Positions 48,163-58,174 of a stretch of 64,000 nucleotides of DNA are shown here, one piece after another. The DNA lies in the IMG/VR virus record IMGVR_UViG_2920970810_000002; one strand, 5' to 3'. The notes below the pieces were generated by a model. It searched no databases. It was not told where the DNA came from and worked only from the letters and a program-made list of their open reading frames with translations. Position numbers and translations under genes: made by a program. Positions within the stretch are counted from its first letter, which is position 1; every line of letters starts with the position of its first letter. Origin of the DNA: an uncultured virus (IMG/VR IMGVR_UViG_2920970810_000002) (lineage: Duplodnaviria > Heunggongvirae > Uroviricota > Caudoviricetes).

Positions 48163-49535
48163 GCGGCGGTCTTGCGCTTTCGCGCGGGTTCAGGGGCGGT
48201 GTCCATGTCCGGCGTATCGGCCATGGGTTCCGTGCCGTCGCCCAACCGCTCGGCTTTCACCTCGGCAAAGGTCCGCCCGTTGCCCTCGAGGATCGCCTCG
48301 CGGCCCGTGGCGGCCTGCCAGCGTTCGATCGCGACATCGACATAGGCCGGGCTGATCTCCATCGCGAAGACACGCCGGCCGTTGGCCTCACCGGCCATGA
48401 TCTGAGTGCCCGAGCCGCAGAACGGCTCGTAGCACAGCCCGCCGCGCTCGACGTGCTGGCGCATCGGGATGGCGAAGGCATCCACCGGCTTGGGCGTCGG
48501 ATGATCGGGGCGCTCCTCGCCGGCAGGCACGGCCATCTCCCAGGTCGAGGGCAGCGTCTCCTCGGCGACCTTCGGCGGACGGTGCGGGCGGCGCCAGCCC
48601 ATGAAGCAGGGCTCGTGCTTCCACAGATAATGCGAGCGGGTGAGCACGCCGCGGTCCTTCACCCAGATGATCTGCTGATGGACGAAGGCGCCGGCCTTCT
48701 CCCAGCAGGCTTCCAGCATCGCCTGGCGGCGGGACGCGTGCCAGCAATACCACGCGGCATCCTCGGTGATCGCCTCGGCAATGGCCGCGGCGATGAAGCC
48801 GTCGTAGAGTTCCGCGCCCTGCGAACTGTCGTCCCAGGTCACCCCATAGGACTGCGACCAGTCCTTGTTCCGCGTCGGGTGGTTCGCGCCGTCGTAGTCC
48901 ACGAGATAGGGCGGGTCGGTGGCAAAGAGCACGGCGCGCTCGCCGTTCATCAGGCGGCGGACGTCCTCATGGTTGGTGCTGTCGCCGCAGAGCAGACGGT
49001 GGTGCCCGAGGATCCACAAATCGCCCCTGCGTGAGGCCGGGTTGCGCGGCGGCTCGGGGATGGTCACCGGCGGAAACGAGCCGCCAGCCCCGCCGTCTTC
49101 ATCGTCTGCGTCCGGGTCGAGCGCGAGGAGCTTGTCGAGTTCGCCGTCGGAGAAGCCGACCAGCGACAGATCGAAGTCCTCGGCCAGCAGTCCCTGCAGC
49201 TCGGCGGAGAGCAACGCCTCGTCCCAGCTTCCGAGTTCCGTCAGCTTGTTGTCCGCGATGCGGTAGGCCCGGCGCTGCGCGGGCGTGAGATGCCCGAGCA
49301 CGATCACCGGCGCCTCCTTCAGCCCGAGCTGGCTCGCCGCCAGAACGCGGCCGTGGCCCGCGATCAGCTCCCCGTCCTCGGCCACGAGGCAGGGCACGGT
49401 CCAGCCGAACTCGGCCATGCTGGCGGCGATCTTCGCCACCTGCTCGGCCCCATGCTGCTTCGCGTTCCCGGCATAGGGCTTGAGGCGCGCGAGCGGCCAC
49501 GTCTCGATCCGGTCGGGTGCAAAGGCAAGGGTCAT
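48159..49535 (-). CDS. ParB-N domain + N6/N4 DNA methyltransferase
   Basis: IAGHGR, RIADNKL; TDPPY, HPTPKPV, EPFCGSGT. Confidence 0.92.
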   Translation of the reverse strand: MTLAFAPDRIETWPLARLKPYAGNAKQHGAEQVAKIAASMAEFGWTVPCLVAEDGELIAGHGRVLAASQLGLKEAPVIVLGHLTPAQRRAYRIADNKLTELGSWDEALLSAELQGLLAEDFDLSLVGFSDGELDKLLALDPDADDEDGGAGGSFPPVTIPEPPRNPASRRGDLWILGHHRLLCGDSTNHEDVRRLMNGERAVLFATDPPYLVDYDGANHPTRNKDWSQSYGVTWDDSSQGAELYDGFIAAAIAEAITEDAAWYCWHASRRQAMLEACWEKAGAFVHQQIIWVKDRGVLTRSHYLWKHEPCFMGWRRPHRPPKVAEETLPSTWEMAVPAGEERPDHPTPKPVDAFAIPMRQHVERGGLCYEPFCGSGTQIMAGEANGRRVFAMEISPAYVDVAIERWQAATGREAILEGNGRTFAEVKAERLGDGTEPMADTPDMDTAPEPARKRKTAA

Positions 49536-49680
49536 GGATAAGAGGAACCGATGAGGGGTCAGGAACGCGGGAGCGGCGGCACCGGCGCTGGTGGCCGCTG
49601 ATTGGCCAGGCTGGCTCAGCGGCCGAAGCCTCGACGCGCATGCAGCCGATGGGCAGCTTGCTCGATTGGGCGAACGGGAG

Positions 49681-49855
49681 AGTGGATCCTGCGGTGGATT
49701 CCACGGTGGATCGCCTGTGGACTCCGGGTGGATTCTGCAGGCCAGCAGGAAGCCACCCGGAAGCCAGCCCGGGCCTTCGGCTATCCAACGGAAATCACGC
49801 GGTTTTCTTGTGTCATTCGGCAGGCGGTGGCTTCCGTCTGGCAGGGGTGGCTTCC
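49681..49855. repeat. Cluster of GGTGG(A/C)TTCC-like 10-mers (cosB-like)
   Basis: Copies at 49693, 49705, 49716, 49727, 49826, 49846 and inverted at 49748, 49759. Confidence 0.7.
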
Positions 49856-49884
49856 CAAAAAATCGGCCTGTGCCAAGCGATACG

Positions 49885-49929
49885 CCGCGCCTCGCCCGCC
49901 AGCATACGATTTCCGCCAGGAAGGACCCG
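49885..49929 (-). other. Lambda-like cos site (cosQ + cosN)
   Basis: GGGTCCT (49928-49922), 20 nt, TGGCGGGCGAGG (49901-49890), CGCGG. Confidence 0.6.
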
Positions 49930-50070
49930 CGAACTCGTCTGGAAGCGGGACCAAGGCCGCGACGCGCGCGCCTCTCCCGAGGATAGCCAGAATCTACCCA
50001 AGAACCGGGGTTTTCGTCTCTTCGAAAAGTGTCCGGCGGACACTTTCCGCCTCGCTTCGCGAGATTGCGG

Positions 50071-50589
50071 TCACTCGCCGAGGAGCGCTCGCAGATCTTT
50101 CATCAGCAGGAAGAGATGATACGGGTCGGTCGGGCTTGGCTCGAAGTCAAGCGCCTCATACCAGGCGCGCGCTTCGTCGTCCTTGGCATGTACGAGCAGT
50201 GCTCGGATACCAGCAATCTCGGCCGCTTGGGCCGTGCGGAGCAGCGCGTCCTTGAGCAACCCCTTGCCCAGTCCCTTTCCCTGCTCGGATCGGTCGATGG
50301 CAAGACGAGCGAGGAGCATCACCGGAATCGGGTGACGAGCCAGCCCCTTGCCGACCCGACCAGGCGCATCGCCATGTTCGACGGCGCCGACCGCGAGGCT
50401 GTAGTAGCCCACGACGCGCTGCCCTTCGTGACAAACGACATAGGTCTGAGCGCTGCCCGCTTTCTGGCTGACCAGCGCGTGGCGTTGCAGGAATCGATTC
50501 AGGGGCTCTTTGCCGCAATCAAACGCGTCAACGCTATGGGAAGCGTCGAGCTTTCGGACGGCAGAGAACGCTTGGTCCTCCGCCGTCAC
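50071..50589 (-). CDS. GNAT acetyltransferase toxin (TacT/AtaT-like)
   Basis: FDCGKEPLN, LLARLAID, QGKGLG, LVHAKD. Confidence 0.92.
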   Translation of the reverse strand: MTAEDQAFSAVRKLDASHSVDAFDCGKEPLNRFLQRHALVSQKAGSAQTYVVCHEGQRVVGYYSLAVGAVEHGDAPGRVGKGLARHPIPVMLLARLAIDRSEQGKGLGKGLLKDALLRTAQAAEIAGIRALLVHAKDDEARAWYEALDFEPSPTDPYHLFLLMKDLRALLGE

Positions 50590-50861
50590 TCAAGCACGCT
50601 CTTCTTGGCGAGCAGTTTGGCGAGGCGCGGCTTGCTCTGGACGGGACGGTCGAGAACATCCTGGAAGGCTTGCCACTGGGCGTCGTCCAGCCGGAACAAG
50701 CGCCGATCGACCAGCGCTTCCTCGGCGGCATGGATGCCCGCTTCGAGCAGGAACTCCGTCACGTTCTTGTGCGAAAACGTGGCCGCTCGCTGCAGCAGCG
50801 CCTTCATGCTCGGCGTGGTGCGCACCTCGATACGTTCGGACTTGGCTTCGGCTGCGGGCAT
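50586..50861 (-). CDS. DUF1778 antitoxin
   Basis: KSERIEVR, LLQRAA, WQAFQDVLDRP; TACGGACAA direct repeat upstream (50892, 50903). Confidence 0.92.
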   Translation of the reverse strand: MPAAEAKSERIEVRTTPSMKALLQRAATFSHKNVTEFLLEAGIHAAEEALVDRRLFRLDDAQWQAFQDVLDRPVQSKPRLAKLLAKKSVLE

Positions 50862-50915
50862 GGCTGATCTCCTGTCCCAGATTCCATATCATACGGACAA
50901 CGTACGGACAAGAAG

Positions 50916-51368
50916 TTAATTGGGATGTCCAGCGGGATCGTCGCAAGCCTCCTTAACCATTTCAATCACGTAGCGCCGCGACCGGAGTCGCGGGACTTTC
51001 CGCTGATTCAGCCGCCACGCGATCACGCAGAGCGCGTAGAGCCAGTGCTCGTGCGCCGCCGAGCGCTGCAATCCCACGGTCCAGCAGATGGTTTTCCAGC
51101 GCTCGCCGTAGGCGCGCAGCCAGACAATCTTGCCGTCGATCGGATCGAGCCCCACCGTCCAGCTGAGCGTCTCCTCCATCCGGCTGATCGCGGCGGGTGA
51201 CGGGATGACGCGCATCGGCTTCGGCTCCTGTCCGACCTTGTCGGCGAAGCTATGGATGACCTCCGGCCAGACGTTGAAGTAGCCCTGCCGCCGGGGTTCG
51301 GGCAGGCGCTTGAGCACAAAGGCCGCTTCCGCGAGACGTTCCTCGACGAGGCTCGGTGTCCACTTCAC
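50916..51368 (-). CDS. DUF6362-like protein, possible late-gene regulator
   Basis: WTPSLVEERLAEAA, WLRA.G.RWK.IC; position at the end of the early operon. Confidence 0.7.
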   Translation of the reverse strand: MKWTPSLVEERLAEAAFVLKRLPEPRRQGYFNVWPEVIHSFADKVGQEPKPMRVIPSPAAISRMEETLSWTVGLDPIDGKIVWLRAYGERWKTICWTVGLQRSAAHEHWLYALCVIAWRLNQRKVPRLRSRRYVIEMVKEACDDPAGHPN

Positions 51369-51898
51369 TGCACGCCTCCTCGGGTCTCCAAGGCCCAGAG
51401 CAGGATCGCGATCGCGTCGGCCTCGTTGTCGTCGGCGGGTTGGAACCCGCGCTGGCGCATTGCGGCGAGCACGGCATCCTTGCCGGCGTTGCCCTTGCCC
51501 GTGGCGAAGCGCTTGATGGTGCCGACCGGAACGCCCTGATAGGCGACACCCTCACGCTCGCACCAAGCGGTCAACGTCGCCAGGAAACCGCCGTAGAGGT
51601 GGGCGGCGTCAGTGCCGATATGGCGCCGGACCTCCTCGAAATAGATCGCGGCCAACCCACCGCTGTCGTCGGCCAGTTGTTCGAGCCAGCGCTGGAAACG
51701 CAGGTACCGCATGCCGCCGCCATCGAAGCGTCCGGAGCGGAAGGTGGCGGTTCCGCTGTGCACGATCCCGCCCGCCAGGCTCGCCCAGCCCGTGGTGGTG
51801 CCGAGATCCAGGGCGAGAATGGCGCTGCCCGCGGATGTCGAGATGACCGGGGCCGGATGGGGCGCGCTCTTGGGGAGAGGTGACGGGCACTGGCTCAT
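51365..51898 (-). CDS. RuvC-like Holliday junction resolvase
   Basis: LALDLGTTTGW, FEEV, ATGKGNA.K, DDNEADA. Confidence 0.85.
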   Translation of the reverse strand: MSQCPSPLPKSAPHPAPVISTSAGSAILALDLGTTTGWASLAGGIVHSGTATFRSGRFDGGGMRYLRFQRWLEQLADDSGGLAAIYFEEVRRHIGTDAAHLYGGFLATLTAWCEREGVAYQGVPVGTIKRFATGKGNAGKDAVLAAMRQRGFQPADDNEADAIAILLWALETRGGVQ

Positions 51899-51967
51899 GG
51901 TGGTGGGTCCTTCTCGTCTGATGTCGGTGAGGGGATGGACGGCACGGTGCCTGCGCGCGCGAAGCCC

Positions 51968-52300
51968 CTGGGGGTGGGAGTGGGAGAACCCGCTTGGCGC
52001 GGTTCTCCCCCACCCCCGAAGGGGGTGGCTTTCACCCCCACAACTTCGAGAGCGCATCAACACGTTGAATCTTTTGGAGAAATCGAAGTTGGGACGGCCC
52101 ATGGCGTGGGTCGCGTTCCCAACTTGAATCTGCGAAAGGCCGCGCAGCGGGGCGCGCTGGAGCCAAGGTAGTTGGGAGGAGCTTTCCCAACTTGAATGTG
52201 CGCGGGACGGCTGGGGGGTGCGCGGTGGCGCGAAAAGCAGCGAAAGTAGTTGGGAAGCTGGCCGCCCAGCTCGCCGCAACTTGCCACAACTTGATTCTGC
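51968..52300. repeat. Iteron-like/inverted repeat cluster, candidate replication origin
   Basis: AGTTGGGA at 52087, 52170, 52248; TTCCCAACTTGAAT at 52116, 52184; hairpin near 51970-52017. Confidence 0.6.
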
Positions 52301-52332
52301 GTAAGTCCGCGTAATCGGGATGAGCTGGCGCA

Positions 52333-54654
52333 TCACGAGGTCTCCTCCGTCTGATAGACCCAGACCAGAGGGTTCTCGACCGGCAGCGCCGCGCCGCTCT
52401 GTGGGCACTTGTAGGTGCTGGGAAGGACCGGGATCCGGACGGGCACGACCTCGCCGGTGTCGGGGTCTGCCGTCTCTTCTCCGGTCGGGAACGTCATGCC
52501 CTCGACGCAGAGATAGCCGAACTTCGAACGCGAGGTTGGCAGGCCGAATGGCGCGCCATCGCGAACGAACTTGATGAAACCCTTCGTGGCCAGCACGCTG
52601 ATCCGTTCGCGGATCGTGTCCTTGCCGCCGAGCCCGGCCTGGTTCTCGAAGCTCTCGGCGAACTGCAGCGCGGTGTAGAGTCGGCCGGCCTCGGCCTCAT
52701 CGAAGAGCAGTTGAAGGATCACGTCGTGTTTCCGGGTCCGTTCGGCGTCCAGCTTCTCGCCAAATTCGCGGCGCACGAGGCGCTCGCCAGAGCGGTCCAC
52801 CACGACCCAGCGCCCGTCGGCCTTGTCGATGATCATCGGCTCGATGCCGGGGCCGTTGCGCAGCTCGAAATGCAGCATCCGCTCCGGCCGGCCCTCGTCG
52901 GGACGGTGCATGATCACGCCGGAGGTGTAGAAGCTGCGGAGGCTGCCCGCGCCCGAGAGCGCCATGAACGGGTCCTCGACGAGCTGTTTCTTCGTGGTCT
53001 TGCGGGTGTGATGGCAGAGGATCAGGCCGGCATCCGGGGCTACGGCGTCCCGCAGCGCTTCGACCCGCTCTTGCAGGAAGAAGAGCATCGCGGTGTTGTC
53101 GTTCTCCCCGCCGCCGTCCGGACCCCCATCGAAGAGATTGCGGATCGGGTCGATGCAGAGGATATCGGGAGCGCCATGGCCGTAGTGGGCGCGAACCGCG
53201 GCGATGGTCAGGCCCACGCCGCCGGCGTCGAGCAGCATGCGGACCTTCGGCGTGGCGACGAGATTGTCGCGCGCCGCGGCCAGGAGCGCCGGATCGATCC
53301 GGATCGCCTGAAGGCGTTCGCGCAGGTAGTGGTATTGAATCTCCGCCTGCAGATAGAAGATCCGCAAGGGCCGGCTTGGCGCGAAGCCGAGGAACGGCAC
53401 GCCCGCCGCCATGTGGACGAGCAGACTGATCAGGAAATCGCTCTTGCCGACCTTGGGGGCGCCGCCGAGCACCAGCATCCCGCCGGGCGTCAGCAGCCGC
53501 GGAGCGATGATGTCCTCGGGCATCGGGCTCACGTCGTCGAGCAGTGCGCCGAGCGTGAAAACCGGCAGCGCGGACATCGGCGGAACAGCGATCCGTTCGA
53601 GGGCCGGTCCGTGGCGCTCTTCGTGCAGCCGCCAGAGGCGCTGTGCTTCCGAGGCGAGACGTTCGAGCGGCCAGCTCGGACGGAGCTGGGCGGCGTTGTA
53701 CTGGCAGATCGCCTCCCACGCGTCGTCGCGGCTCATGCGGCCCTCGTGCGCCATGCGGACGTAGTGGCCGATCGCGGCGCTCGCCCCCTGGAAGCGCGTC
53801 CAGTCGTCCGAGCCGCCTTCGCGGACCGGTGTCGTCAGGACATCGGTGATCGAGGGTTTGTCCGAAGATGGGCCTGGCTCGGATCCGACCCCGGCAAGCG
53901 GCGGCATGTCGGCGACTAGCTCGGCGAAGTCGCGCAGATGGACCTCGACCCGCGGGCTGTGGCGGCGGATGTTGACCAGGCGCTTGAACCCGCCCTTGTG
54001 ATAGACGGAGCCGGCCAGACGGATCGGCTGGTGGGCCGATCGGAAATGCGTGTCGCCGCCGACCTTGACCGCAATGTCGCCGCGCAGCCGACAGAGAAGC
54101 GCGATGTCCTCGCCCTCGGCCGGTTCACTCAAGCGCCACCAGACATGCAGCTTGTCGAGACCGTCCGGCGTCCGGCCGCCGCTTTCGACGAGCAGTGTCG
54201 GCTCGCCGAGATGCCGGATGAGGTGGTCGAGCTTGGCGGCGATGTCACCCGCGTCGAGGTCGACCAGGACCGTCTGCATCTGCTGGACATCGGCGGCCTT
54301 GGCCTTGCCGGTCTCGGCGACCGTTCCCGGCACCACATAGAAGGCCGCCCCTTCGCGTGCTGCCCAACCGGCGAAGGAAACCGCCTTCTCCAGCAAACTG
54401 CCGTCGATCTCGATCCAGGCGTTGTGGGGTCGGCCCCCGCCGTGCTCCGCACGGCCATCTTCAGATTTCTTTGGGCCTTGGCCCTTGTCCACGAACCCGC
54501 GCAGCGGAACCCAGCCCTCGCAATAACCGAAGACGACGTCGAGAAAGACGGCGATCTGCTCTGGATCCGGCTCGATGTCGAACGGATCGGACTGCGGCGT
54601 AGCGTCGTTGAAGTCGCGCCAGGCATCGAGGGAGACGACTTTGTTCTCGCTCAT
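52333..54654 (-). CDS. Primase-helicase (RepB-like primase + AAA_25)
   Basis: VDLD, KLHVWWRL, PIRLAGS; Walker A GAPKVGKS, IDP, HHTRK. Confidence 0.88.
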   Translation of the reverse strand: MSENKVVSLDAWRDFNDATPQSDPFDIEPDPEQIAVFLDVVFGYCEGWVPLRGFVDKGQGPKKSEDGRAEHGGGRPHNAWIEIDGSLLEKAVSFAGWAAREGAAFYVVPGTVAETGKAKAADVQQMQTVLVDLDAGDIAAKLDHLIRHLGEPTLLVESGGRTPDGLDKLHVWWRLSEPAEGEDIALLCRLRGDIAVKVGGDTHFRSAHQPIRLAGSVYHKGGFKRLVNIRRHSPRVEVHLRDFAELVADMPPLAGVGSEPGPSSDKPSITDVLTTPVREGGSDDWTRFQGASAAIGHYVRMAHEGRMSRDDAWEAICQYNAAQLRPSWPLERLASEAQRLWRLHEERHGPALERIAVPPMSALPVFTLGALLDDVSPMPEDIIAPRLLTPGGMLVLGGAPKVGKSDFLISLLVHMAAGVPFLGFAPSRPLRIFYLQAEIQYHYLRERLQAIRIDPALLAAARDNLVATPKVRMLLDAGGVGLTIAAVRAHYGHGAPDILCIDPIRNLFDGGPDGGGENDNTAMLFFLQERVEALRDAVAPDAGLILCHHTRKTTKKQLVEDPFMALSGAGSLRSFYTSGVIMHRPDEGRPERMLHFELRNGPGIEPMIIDKADGRWVVVDRSGERLVRREFGEKLDAERTRKHDVILQLLFDEAEAGRLYTALQFAESFENQAGLGGKDTIRERISVLATKGFIKFVRDGAPFGLPTSRSKFGYLCVEGMTFPTGEETADPDTGEVVPVRIPVLPSTYKCPQSGAALPVENPLVWVYQTEETS

Positions 54655-55439
54655 GCCGCCAGCCCCCAGCAGCGATCCGACCACGGGCACATCCGGCACT
54701 CGTGGAAGTCACGGCTCGTAGCGATGCGCGGCAGCAGATCCCCTGCATCGCTCGCCTGAAGGATCCGCACGGCGCGGTCGCTCATACGCTGGGCGAGCCC
54801 CGCGTCGAACGGCACGAGTTCGTGGTGCAGTTCGGCGGTGTCCTTGTTGATGGCGGTGAAGAGCGCTGGATTGTCGGAGATGCCGGGGACCTGCGGCTCC
54901 ATGTAGGCCTGGTAGAGGGCGATCTGGGCGGCGTAGACCGGCTTCGCGACAACCACGCCCTTGGCCACGGTCTCGCGCCAGTTCCTGGCGTTCATCGTCT
55001 TGCATTCCCAGAGCGCGGGAACGCCGATGCCCAGCTGCTGCGGAGCAGCGGCAATGATCCCATCGACATGACCGCGGATGCGGCCACCCGCGACCGAGAA
55101 GCCGAACTGAAAGTCGGCGCCAGCCAATTGCTCGCCGTCCGGACGGTTGCCCTTGCGGGTAAAGAGATCGAACCCGGCACCGCGCAGCCAGCCGATGGCA
55201 AGATCTTCGAGCGCGTGTCCGATCTCGAAGATCCGCAGCGTCTGGCCGGAGAACTCCCGGCCCTCATCCTTTGGCGCCCCCGTGAACTCGAATTGCAGAG
55301 CGCGTTCGCACGGGTGCCCGAGGCGGGAGCCGCCGAGGTAGGTCCTGGGCGCAACCGCCGCGCGTTCAGCAGCGATCGCCTCGTCGATCACCGCATTGAT
55401 GCGTTCGGCGCAGGTGGGGCGGCGGTTGTAGTCGAGCAT
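54651..55439 (-). CDS. Cas4-like PD-(D/E)XK exonuclease
   Basis: YLGGSRLGHPC, GHVDG, WECK, AQIALY, C..C....C. Confidence 0.85.
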   Translation of the reverse strand: MLDYNRRPTCAERINAVIDEAIAAERAAVAPRTYLGGSRLGHPCERALQFEFTGAPKDEGREFSGQTLRIFEIGHALEDLAIGWLRGAGFDLFTRKGNRPDGEQLAGADFQFGFSVAGGRIRGHVDGIIAAAPQQLGIGVPALWECKTMNARNWRETVAKGVVVAKPVYAAQIALYQAYMEPQVPGISDNPALFTAINKDTAELHHELVPFDAGLAQRMSDRAVRILQASDAGDLLPRIATSRDFHECRMCPWSDRCWGLAA

Positions 55440-55846
55440 CAGAACGGCACATCCTCGTCTTCAGCAGCAATGGCGTGCATGGCGTCCTGGAAGCCGCCGA
55501 CGGCGACCTCGATGAGCGTGAGCACCTGCGCCTCCGAGAGATCGGAGAAGCGCGTCTGCCAGCCGATCTCCTCCATGATTTCGGCGACCGGCTTCATGGC
55601 GGCGCGGATCGCCGCCTTCTCCTGTTCGGTGAGATCAACCATGGCCCAGCGCTCCCGCGCCAAGCGCGTCCAGAAGCCCTGGCAGGCCATCGAGCAGAAC
55701 CAGACCGAGGGGCGCGGCCAGTTCGATGGCACCGGATCGAACCAGCCAAAGCCACGGGTGGGTCGCCGGCAGACAGCACAGAGCCTTCCACGCGGATGCC
55801 AGAGCCGCCGCCGTTCCTCGGCCGTGGTAGGGGAAACAGAAGCCAT
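55439..55846 (-). CDS. DUF6511-like protein with Cys motif
   Basis: CAVC...FCSMAC; MVDLTEQE. Confidence 0.7.
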   Translation of the reverse strand: MASVSPTTAEERRRLWHPRGRLCAVCRRPTRGFGWFDPVPSNWPRPSVWFCSMACQGFWTRLARERWAMVDLTEQEKAAIRAAMKPVAEIMEEIGWQTRFSDLSEAQVLTLIEVAVGGFQDAMHAIAAEDEDVPF

Positions 55847-55849
55847 GGC

Positions 55850-57553
55850 TCATGCCGCCCTCCCGATGGCTGCTTCGGGCGCGGCATCGGCCGCGCCGAA
55901 GACGAGGGAGCGGATGGCGTCGCGGTTGAACCGGAAGGCCAGCAGCGCCGAGGCCTGGTAGCGGGTGAGCCCGAAGTCCTGCCGGGACTCCGGCGGCAGG
56001 AAGGCGAGCTGCCGGTCGGTGGGCGGCTGGTTCAGCCAGCGGCGGGTCTTGTGGGCGCTCTCGTCGCTCTCATGCTCGTTGAGCCAGTCGTCAGCCGCTG
56101 CCAGACAGACGGTGCGCTCGCCCACGGCCAACAGATGCGGCCGCTGCTTCTGGAGGCCTCCGATGCCGTACCACCGGCCGTTCAGGAAGAAGACACCGCC
56201 CCAGGCATTGAAGCCGTTGGCGATGAGCGCGGCATCGTCGCCGAAGAGGTCGCACCAACGGAAACTCGACCGCTTCAGCAGGTCGATCTCGGTCATCACG
56301 AAGTCACCGAGCGGCGTTGCTTCGCCGCCTTCGGGACGCTCCCAGACATGACCGCACAGCGGGCATTCGATAGTGGCGAGCGGCACGATGGCGCCGCAGT
56401 CCGGGCAATCCTTGGTCGGCGCCTCGCCGGAGGGTTCGCGACCGTCCAGGTCGACGTCCTGCTCCAGCGATCCGTGCATCAGGGTCGAGGTGCCGAAGTC
56501 GAGCACGATGCAGTCGGTCTTGATGATGCCGGGATGCTCCTCGGGCGAGACCGTGCGCAGACCGCGACCGACCATCTGGATCATGGTCGACTTGTAGGAG
56601 CTCGGCCGCAGCAGCACGACGCAGCCCGTCGGCGGGTGATCCCACCCCTCGGTCAGCACCGCGACATTGACGACGACCCGCAGCTCTCCGGCGGCGTAGG
56701 CGTCGAGGGTCGTCTTGCGGTCGGTATCGGCCATGTCGCCTTGGATCAGCCCGGCGGCGACACCGGCCGCGTTGAAAGCGGCGGTCACGTTGCGCGCGTG
56801 GTCCACGGTCGAGCAGAACACCACCGTCTGGCGCTCGCCCGCCTTTTCCCGCCAGTGGCGGATGACGGCGTCCGTGACCGGCGACCGGTTCATGATCGCG
56901 TCGACCTCGGCCATGTCGAAATCGTCGGCCGTGCGGCGCACCTTGGTGAGCTGGTCCTGGACGCCGACATCGATCACGAAGGTGCGCGGCGGCACGAGAT
57001 GGCCGGACGCGATCAGCTCCCCGATCCGGATCTGATCGGCGACGTTGGAGAACACCGGGCGCAGACCGCGCTTGTCGCCCCGATTGGGCGTCGCCGTGAC
57101 GCCGTAGACCCGGCACATGGCATTGCGCTGCAGCGCGGCGTCGATGATGCGCCTATAGCTGTCGGCTGCCGCGTGATGCGCCTCGTCGATCACCAGGAGG
57201 TCGAGCGCGGGCAGCTGGCCGAGATTACCGGCGCGCGCCAGCGTCGGCACCATGGCGAAGGTGACCTGGCCAGCCCAGGATTTCTCCTTCGCGTCGACGA
57301 CCGAGGTCGTGATGCGGGGATTCACCCGGCCGAACTTGCTGCGGTTCTGCGCGGTCAGCTCGTCGCGGTGGGCGAGCACGCATGCCTTGGCGCCCGTGCT
57401 CTTCGGGGTTTCGCCGACCATGCGACCGACGACCCCCGAAAGCATGATCGTCTTGCCGGCTCCGGTCGGGGCGACGCCGAGGGTGTTTCCGTGTTCGTCG
57501 AGCGCGCGGACGCTGCGCTCGACGAACTGCTTCTGGCGGGGACGCAGCAGCAT
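55850..57553 (-). CDS. SF2 DEAH helicase with Zn ribbon
   Basis: PTGAGKT, DEAHH, TATP, QMVGRGLR, CPDC..CPLC. Confidence 0.93.
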   Translation of the reverse strand: MLLRPRQKQFVERSVRALDEHGNTLGVAPTGAGKTIMLSGVVGRMVGETPKSTGAKACVLAHRDELTAQNRSKFGRVNPRITTSVVDAKEKSWAGQVTFAMVPTLARAGNLGQLPALDLLVIDEAHHAAADSYRRIIDAALQRNAMCRVYGVTATPNRGDKRGLRPVFSNVADQIRIGELIASGHLVPPRTFVIDVGVQDQLTKVRRTADDFDMAEVDAIMNRSPVTDAVIRHWREKAGERQTVVFCSTVDHARNVTAAFNAAGVAAGLIQGDMADTDRKTTLDAYAAGELRVVVNVAVLTEGWDHPPTGCVVLLRPSSYKSTMIQMVGRGLRTVSPEEHPGIIKTDCIVLDFGTSTLMHGSLEQDVDLDGREPSGEAPTKDCPDCGAIVPLATIECPLCGHVWERPEGGEATPLGDFVMTEIDLLKRSSFRWCDLFGDDAALIANGFNAWGGVFFLNGRWYGIGGLQKQRPHLLAVGERTVCLAAADDWLNEHESDESAHKTRRWLNQPPTDRQLAFLPPESRQDFGLTRYQASALLAFRFNRDAIRSLVFGAADAAPEAAIGRAA

Positions 57554-57560
57554 GGCCGCC

Positions 57561-58157
57561 TCACTGCGCCCAGGACGGGCGCGTGCCCGCCGCCGGTGCT
57601 GAAGATTGGGGCATGGATGGCGGGGAAGGCTGAGCCTGCGGCTGCGCTGCCGCACCGGGCACGCCCATGAGGGCGGCATAATCCTTGTGATCCGGCGTCA
57701 CGGCCGCGCGGATCTCGTTCTTCTCCTCGCCGTTGGTGTCGGTGCCGATGTCGATCCGCGCCACGAACTCGAGCCCGTCGAGATCGGCAAAGCCGCTGAT
57801 GCGACGCGCGGCCTGGGCCTGGGCGGACGTGTCCTTGTCCGCAATGCCGCGCGCGGAGTTGAGCATGCCGCGGATCAGGCTGCGGCCCATGTTCGCCCAG
57901 TCCGGCCCCTTGGGGCTGTACAGCCCGATCAGGGTGAAGATCTTGCGCCGTGCGTAGGGCCCTTCGAGAACCGTGAACTCGCCCGAGAGATAGACCGAGC
58001 CGGTGGTCCCCCGCGTGGCGTATCCGCCGGTCCAGCCCTGCGCCGGATCGTCGAAACCGCCCGGACGGATCGTCAGGCGCACCTTGGCCAGCGTGCCCTT
58101 GGGGATGATGTTGCTGTTCTGCTTGGCGTCGTTGAAATCGTTCCAGGATCCAGTCAT
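57561..58157 (-). CDS. Putative phage ssDNA-binding protein
   Basis: IPKGT, EFTVLEGPYARRKI; Pro-rich tail ending RPSWAQ. Confidence 0.65.
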   Translation of the reverse strand: MTGSWNDFNDAKQNSNIIPKGTLAKVRLTIRPGGFDDPAQGWTGGYATRGTTGSVYLSGEFTVLEGPYARRKIFTLIGLYSPKGPDWANMGRSLIRGMLNSARGIADKDTSAQAQAARRISGFADLDGLEFVARIDIGTDTNGEEKNEIRAAVTPDHKDYAALMGVPGAAAQPQAQPSPPSMPQSSAPAAGTRPSWAQ

Positions 58158-58174
58158 GGCTGGGGTCTCCTCGT

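Noticed and set aside
49681..49855. Short repeats as a CRISPR array
   Set aside because: The 10-mers are in mixed orientation with no spacer-sized unique sequences
51899..52408. N-terminal extension of the RuvC-like ORF
   Set aside because: Runs through the repeat region; a better start with an RBS is at 51898
54651..55439. Cas4-like nuclease as a sign of CRISPR-Cas
   Set aside because: No array or other cas genes seen; it sits in a normal phage recombination/replication module
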